A stretch of DNA of 64,000 nucleotides from Callorhinchus milii (Eukaryota): contig NW_024704771.1 in NCBI RefSeq assembly GCF_018977255.1, positions 3,720,001-3,784,000 on the forward strand. Reading direction: 5' to 3'. The notes below the pieces were generated by a model. It had not been told where the DNA came from, ran no database searches, and saw nothing but the letters and a program-made list of their open reading frames with translations. Position numbers and translations under genes: made by a program. Shown here one piece after another: positions 58,686 to 64,000 of this stretch (the stretch's first letter is position 1; every line of letters begins with the position of its first letter).

Positions 58686-60545
58686 ATGATGATGATGGTG
58701 TGTGGGGGGGGGGGAATGATGATGATGGTGTGTGTGTGGGGATGATGATGATGGTGTGTGTAGGGGATGATGATGGGGTGTGTGTGTGGGGTGGGTGGGA
58801 GAGAGAGATGATGATGTTGTGTGGGGGTTAGAGATGATGATGATGGAGTGTGTTTCTGTGTGTGGGGAGAGGGGTGATTATGGTGGTGTGTTGTGAGGGG
58901 GGTGATGATGATGATGATGGTGTGTGGGGGGAGAGGGGTGATGATGATGGTGTGTATGGGGAGAGGGGAGATGATGATGGTGTGTATGGGGAGAGGGGTG
59001 ATGATGATGGTGTGTGTGAGGGGGGTGATGATGATGTGTGTGTAAGAGGGTGATGATGATGGTGTGTACGGGGAGAGGGGTGATGATGATGGTGTGTGTG
59101 AGGGGGGTGATGATGATGGTGTGTGTGTGGGGAGAGGGGTGATGATGATGGTGTGTGTGGGGGGGTGATGATGATGCTGTGTGTGAGGGGGGTGATGATG
59201 ATGATGGTGTGTGAGGGGGTGATGATGATGATGGAGTGTGTGTGTGGTGGGGGGGTTGATGATGAAGATGGAGTTGTTCCTCCATACCTTAGTGAATTCA
59301 TTGGGAAACGCCCACACACACACCATCATCATCATCCTCATCACCCACCCCACACACACACCTTCATCATCACCCCCACACACACCATCATCCTCATCAT
59401 CCCCACATGCCATCATCATCCTCATCACCCACCCCCCCACACATACCATCATCATCATCACCCCTCCACACACCATCATCATCATCCCTCCCACGCCACC
59501 ATCATCATCCCCTACCCCCCACACACATCATCATCATCATTCCCCCCAACACACACACACCATCAACATCACCCCCCACACACACACCTTCATCATCAAA
59601 CCCCCCCCCCCAAACACAAAGGGCTGGAAGCAGATTCTTGCCCTTAACCCAATGGCCTCCCTTTGTGGTCCAGGGTTAGTGAACAATGGTCCAGGGTTCA
59701 GGAAGACACATAGAAAGATAACTGCATATAAGACCAAGTGAAATGCGGGGGCCACACACGGTACGGGTGACCACCCCCTCCACCCGACCCCCAGCAGGGC
59801 AAGGGGCAGATAGGCATTTGAGGGGTAAGTCATTTGGAAGGCGGGGGCAATGGTGCGGGGGGTTGGGGGTGGGGGGGAGTGATGGTGTGTGTGTGTGTGC
59901 GGGGTTTGATGATGGAGAGTGTGTGTGTGTGAAGTGGGGGGTGATGATGGAGTGTGTGTGGGGTGGAGGTGATGAGGGAGTGTGTGTGTGGGCGGGAGTG
60001 ATGAGGAGAGGGTGCGTGTGTGGGGGTGAGATGAGGGAGTGTGTGGGGGGGAAGGGTGATGATGGAGAGAGTGTGTGGGGGCAGTGGGTGATGATGGAAT
60101 GTGTGTGGGGTGGAGGTGATGAGGGAGTGTGTGCGGGGGGGGGGAGGAGTGATGATGGAGAGAGTGCGTGTGGGGGGTGTGATGAGGGAGTGTGTGGGGG
60201 GGAAGGGGTGATGATGGAAGAGTGTGTGGGGGCAGTAGGGAGAGATGATGGACATGACGTGGGAAGAGATGTGGGGGGGAGAAGTGATAAGGGAGTGTGT
60301 GTGGGGGGGGAGTGATAAGGGAGTGTGTGTGGGGGGGAGTGATGAGGGAGTGTGTGTGGGGGGGAGTGATGAGGGAGTGTGTGTGTGGGGGGGAGTGATG
60401 AGGGAGTGTGTGTGGGGGGGGAGTGATGAGGGAGTGTGTGTGGGGGGGGGGAGGGGTGACGAGGGAGTGTGTGTGAGGGGGGGAGGAGTGACGAGGGAGC
60501 GTGTGTGAGGGGGGGTGGAGGAGTGACGAGGGAGTGTGTGTGTCA
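56220..60545. repeat. Low-complexity block (GA-, GT-, CT- and GAT-rich) with three assembly gaps
   Basis: Simple-sequence tracts; N runs at 56701-56837, 57258-57402 and 58402-58560. Confidence 0.9.
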
Positions 60546-62354
60546 TATAAGCACATCGTCTCGTCGCTTATCAGGGGATGGACACTGCCACCACACAGCC
60601 CTATAGCAAACTGCAGCGCAGCACTGTATCGTTCATTACAACAGCTCACACTGCGACAACACCGATGAAATCAGATTCCTCACAGGCCACCACCCCCCCC
60701 ACCCCCCCCCCCCCCCCCCCCCCACCCCCCGAAGCTTCGAATGGGTCCAGAGAGCCCCCGAATTCATCCCGGCTTTAGCCCGAAGCACCGTTGATAATCA
60801 TAATAATAATAATCCCGATAACAAGAATCCTGAACAATAATAACCCCTTGCATTTGATATCGAGCCTCGTCGTGTCGTTGAGACGTCCCAAAGCGCTTAC
60901 GCAGGACGGACGGACCGTAATGTGGGTGGACTGCGTGGTTTGTGGGTGAAATGCACAGCAGTGTCCCGCAATCAGTCGTGAATTGAGTGACTTAAGTTAT
61001 TATTATTTTTAAATGTATTTATTGGAGGGATTACTACCCCCTGTTAATAATTCAACAGGGAGTAGTGGTAAGAGTATCGTGTTTATTCCGTTAATATCAA
61101 ATAAATATATATATATATCTACTACTACAAATTGTTTATCCTTTTCCATATATAATAATAATAATCCTTGCATTTGATATAGCGCTTTTCACGTCGGGAG
61201 GACGTCCCAAAGCGCTTCACAGAACACACTGTAAAGTGAATTGACTGTATATTTGTGGGCGAACGCGCACAGCAATGTCCCCCAAACAGTCGTAGATTGA
61301 AAATGACCCGTTTATTATTGTTGTTTGTTTTGGAGGGATTATTATATATATATATATACATATAAAAAAACGGTAAACAATTTGTATTCAAACCATATGA
61401 CCATATAACAACACACCACAGTCCGCACCATACAACGACACAGATGTCCAAATCAAATAATTGGGAAACACAACAGCGTGCGCTCGGGAATCGCTCAGTA
61501 ATCCAGACAAAATCATAAGCCCGAGAACGCACCTCAACATACGCAGCAGAGATCACAGAACTATCACACAGAGATAAACTGTCAACTCAACAGCCAAACT
61601 CGCGCTGCCTTTCAAACGTGGCTGCTTTTATCGCTTCTCTGCCCGGCAGACAGAACCAACGCCCTCTCACCCATTACTTCCTTCCTCTCTTTCTGAAGTT
61701 GATTGATCCTCTACGACAACTCCCAACTATTCCGAAGTTCCACCTGTCTTTTAGGTGTTTCTAACTCCACCTCTCGTTGTCGCAAAGATCGCTGCACCCT
61801 TCTCAAGCTGTTTTTGCACAGAGAGAGAGAGAGAGAGAGAGAGAAAAAAAGTGATGGACAACTTTTTCGCAGCCTTCCACATCCTTGAGATAGGCTGTGG
61901 AAGGCTGTCTGAGGCTATAGCCGTTTCTCTCTGTGGTCAATCGTTCTTACGTCTATGCTCAAGGACACGATGGCTCGTTATCTCAGAGAAGTGAACGTCT
62001 TCCCAGGAAAATGTGAAACGTAATCGGAAGCTAAACTCAACCTGTCCAGCAAAGCTACTCCTAACCATTTAACTATCAAGCCTTCATGCAGTTGTTGTTC
62101 GAAATATTACCAAGACACCTTGAGCTGTTAGGCGGCATATTTCAACACCCTGCAGAGCGATCCGCCAACTGGGCTCCTACTTACTGCCAGGTAAACAGAG
62201 GCGTGTGGATTAAGGAGACTTGCCTAAGGTTTTGCCCTGCCCAGGAATCAAATCTGGGTCCTCTCGCTTGCGAGACGAGTCCTCTAACCACCACACGACA
62301 GGACACTTCTTAGGGATTCAAATTGGTGCGTGGTTTTAAAGTTTAAGAGAAAAT

Positions 62355-62675
62355 GTGGAGTCGTGTGGCGCAGTGGTTACGAGTGCTCACCTCGCAAACG
62401 AGAGGACCCAGGTCAGGGTGAGGTCCGTAACCGAGCAGTAAGTAGGAACCTGGTTGGTAGTAGATTGGCGCAACCCTTTCCGGGGGCAATAATCCCTCGC
62501 CCCCCAAAAAAATGTGGTCACTAAATCCACAACTGTTTTTTGGACACTGTTGCGTGTAATTGGCTCTAGAGTTCGACAGCAAAATACATGGTTAATCCAA
62601 TTTGCAGTACATCCTGTATATTCGTGCAAAGACGTGATAAGCTCTATATCGAGTGCAAGGATTATTATTATTATA
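62355..62675 (+). mobile_element. tRNA-derived SINE upstream of B3GALT4
   Basis: GGAGTCGTGTGGCGCAGTGG head to TGCAAGGATTATTATT tail. Confidence 0.75.
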
Positions 62676-62799
62676 GTATTCGTCAATTGATTTTTTTGTT
62701 CATTCTTTTATCGTTTAGGATGTTGGAAAGCCCAGATATAACACAGAAGCCCTGACCCAGTTTACTGTGCAAATTTCTGCCCTGTTCATCAAAATCTCT

Positions 62800-63896
62800 A
62801 TGGAGATGCTACGTCGCTTCAATAAATGCCGGCTGATTGGCTTTCTGCGGAAACCTCGGTTGGGTGTGGGTTTGTTGCTCGTGTTGATGCTCACGGGCAT
62901 TCCTTTCCTGGTGGATTACGCCCAGGAATGGACCCTGCGGAGAGACCCAACGCCCATCACCAATGGCAGTATCGTGCAGATGCGGGCGAGGGCCGTGAGC
63001 TTCAACATGGAGGTCTTCAGACACAACGCTTCCAAATATTACCTCATTCCCAACACAAACGCCTGTGACGGTCCCGACGTCTTCCTGGTCAGCTTTGTCA
63101 TCAGTAAAACGGGCCACTTCCAAAGCCGGGAGGCCATCCGCCAGAGCTGGGCGAGCGTCAAGGACGTTCAAGGACACACAGTGTTAATACTCTTCGCTTT
63201 GGGGGTCCCCGAGAGCACAGAAGAACAGGAGAGAATCGAGGAAGAATCATCTCAATACAAGGACGTGGTTCAAGGGGTCTTTAGGGATACTTACCACAAC
63301 CTGACCCTGAAGACCATCATGATAATGCAATGGTTGGCACTTATTGCCCGGCTGCCAGATACCTCCTCAAAGTCGACGACGATGTCTTTCTGAACTATCA
63401 CAACCTAATGGAGCATCTCATAGGCCTCAGCGACGATTCCGAGGACCTGTATCTGGGTTGGGTCCATCGTAGGGTCAGACCCGTTCGAAACAAGAACGAC
63501 CTGTACTACGTCTCGGAGTCCGTGTACTCGAAGGACGTCTACCCGGACTACTGCAGTGGGACGTCTTATGTTGTGTCCAAGGATGTTGTCCTCAAGGTCT
63601 ACGTGGCAGCATTGACCACTCCGCTGATAACCATCGAAGATGTCTTTGTGGGGTTGTGTGCTCATAAGATGGGGGTTTCACCCACTCACACCTCTAAGAT
63701 ATCTGGGCCAGTTCGATTTCACTTAAACCAATGTTGCTACAAGTCTATATACGCTTCCCATCACATCAAGCCGGGAGAGTTCCTGAAGATATGGAAGCTT
63801 GTGAATGACGGGAGCAGATGCTCGTTGCTCGCTAAGTACACTGGGCTGTTCATGTGCAAAGCCCTCGCCTTGTTGAGTCCAGTTATTAATCAATGA
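62800..63896 (+). CDS. B3GALT4: Beta-1,3-galactosyltransferase 4 (GT31), single coding exon, 1-nt frameshift near 63338
   Basis: Two overlapping ORFs join into about 365 aa: type II TM (LGVGLLLVLMLTGIPFLV), LIPNTNAC, REAIRQSW, FRDTYHNLTLKT, YCPAARYLLKVDDDVF (DxD), YPDYCSGTSY, IEDVFVG and a B3GALT4-like C-terminus (CCY...SHH...WKLV...GLFMCKALALL). Close to PFDN6, as in the human extended class II region. Confidence 0.88.
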
Positions 63897-64000
63897 GGAG
63901 CCTGTAATGGCTCTCCTGTTTGGGGAACAGACTGGGGCATTGTGGAATCCTGTAGCGTAGTGGTTAGAGCGCTCGCCTCGCTAGCGAGGGGACCCGGGTT

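Noticed and set aside
57017-60649. Long Gly/Val/Cys-rich and His/Pro/Thr-rich ORFs
   Set aside because: Simple-repeat translations that run through N gaps.

Overview
Eukaryotic (vertebrate) genomic DNA, most likely from a cartilaginous fish, judged from shark-type CR1 3' ends, HE1-like tRNA-SINEs and dense L2 fragments. It looks like part of the extended MHC region. Six spliced or single-exon genes can be reconstructed by hand from splice sites and reading phase: (1) a B7-H6/NCR3LG1-like leader-IgV-IgC1 gene on the minus strand; (2) head-to-head with it, about 3.1 kb away, an NKp30/NCR3-like gene on the plus strand with a germline-joined VJ-type V domain, an extra C1 domain and an uncharged TM; (3) a CAMSAP-family gene (-) with an intact CKK domain but apparently a decayed N-terminal CH domain; (4) PFDN6 (-), whose promoter is a 7x tandem CCAAT/GC-box array; (5) an intact 8-exon RPL7A (-) hosting SNORD24 and four SNORD36 copies; (6) B3GALT4 (+) with a single 1-nt frameshift. 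The rest is SINEs, L2/CR1 fragments, an unclassified interspersed repeat, minisatellites, low-complexity tracts and four N-gaps. Most long ORFs in the supplied track are low-complexity artefacts. The most notable points are the divergent NKp30-like/B7-H6-like receptor-ligand pair, the non-rearranging VJ-C1 receptor, and CAMSAP and RPL7A copies on the MHC-type segment, where human has neither. Family assignments come from remembered motifs, not database searches.
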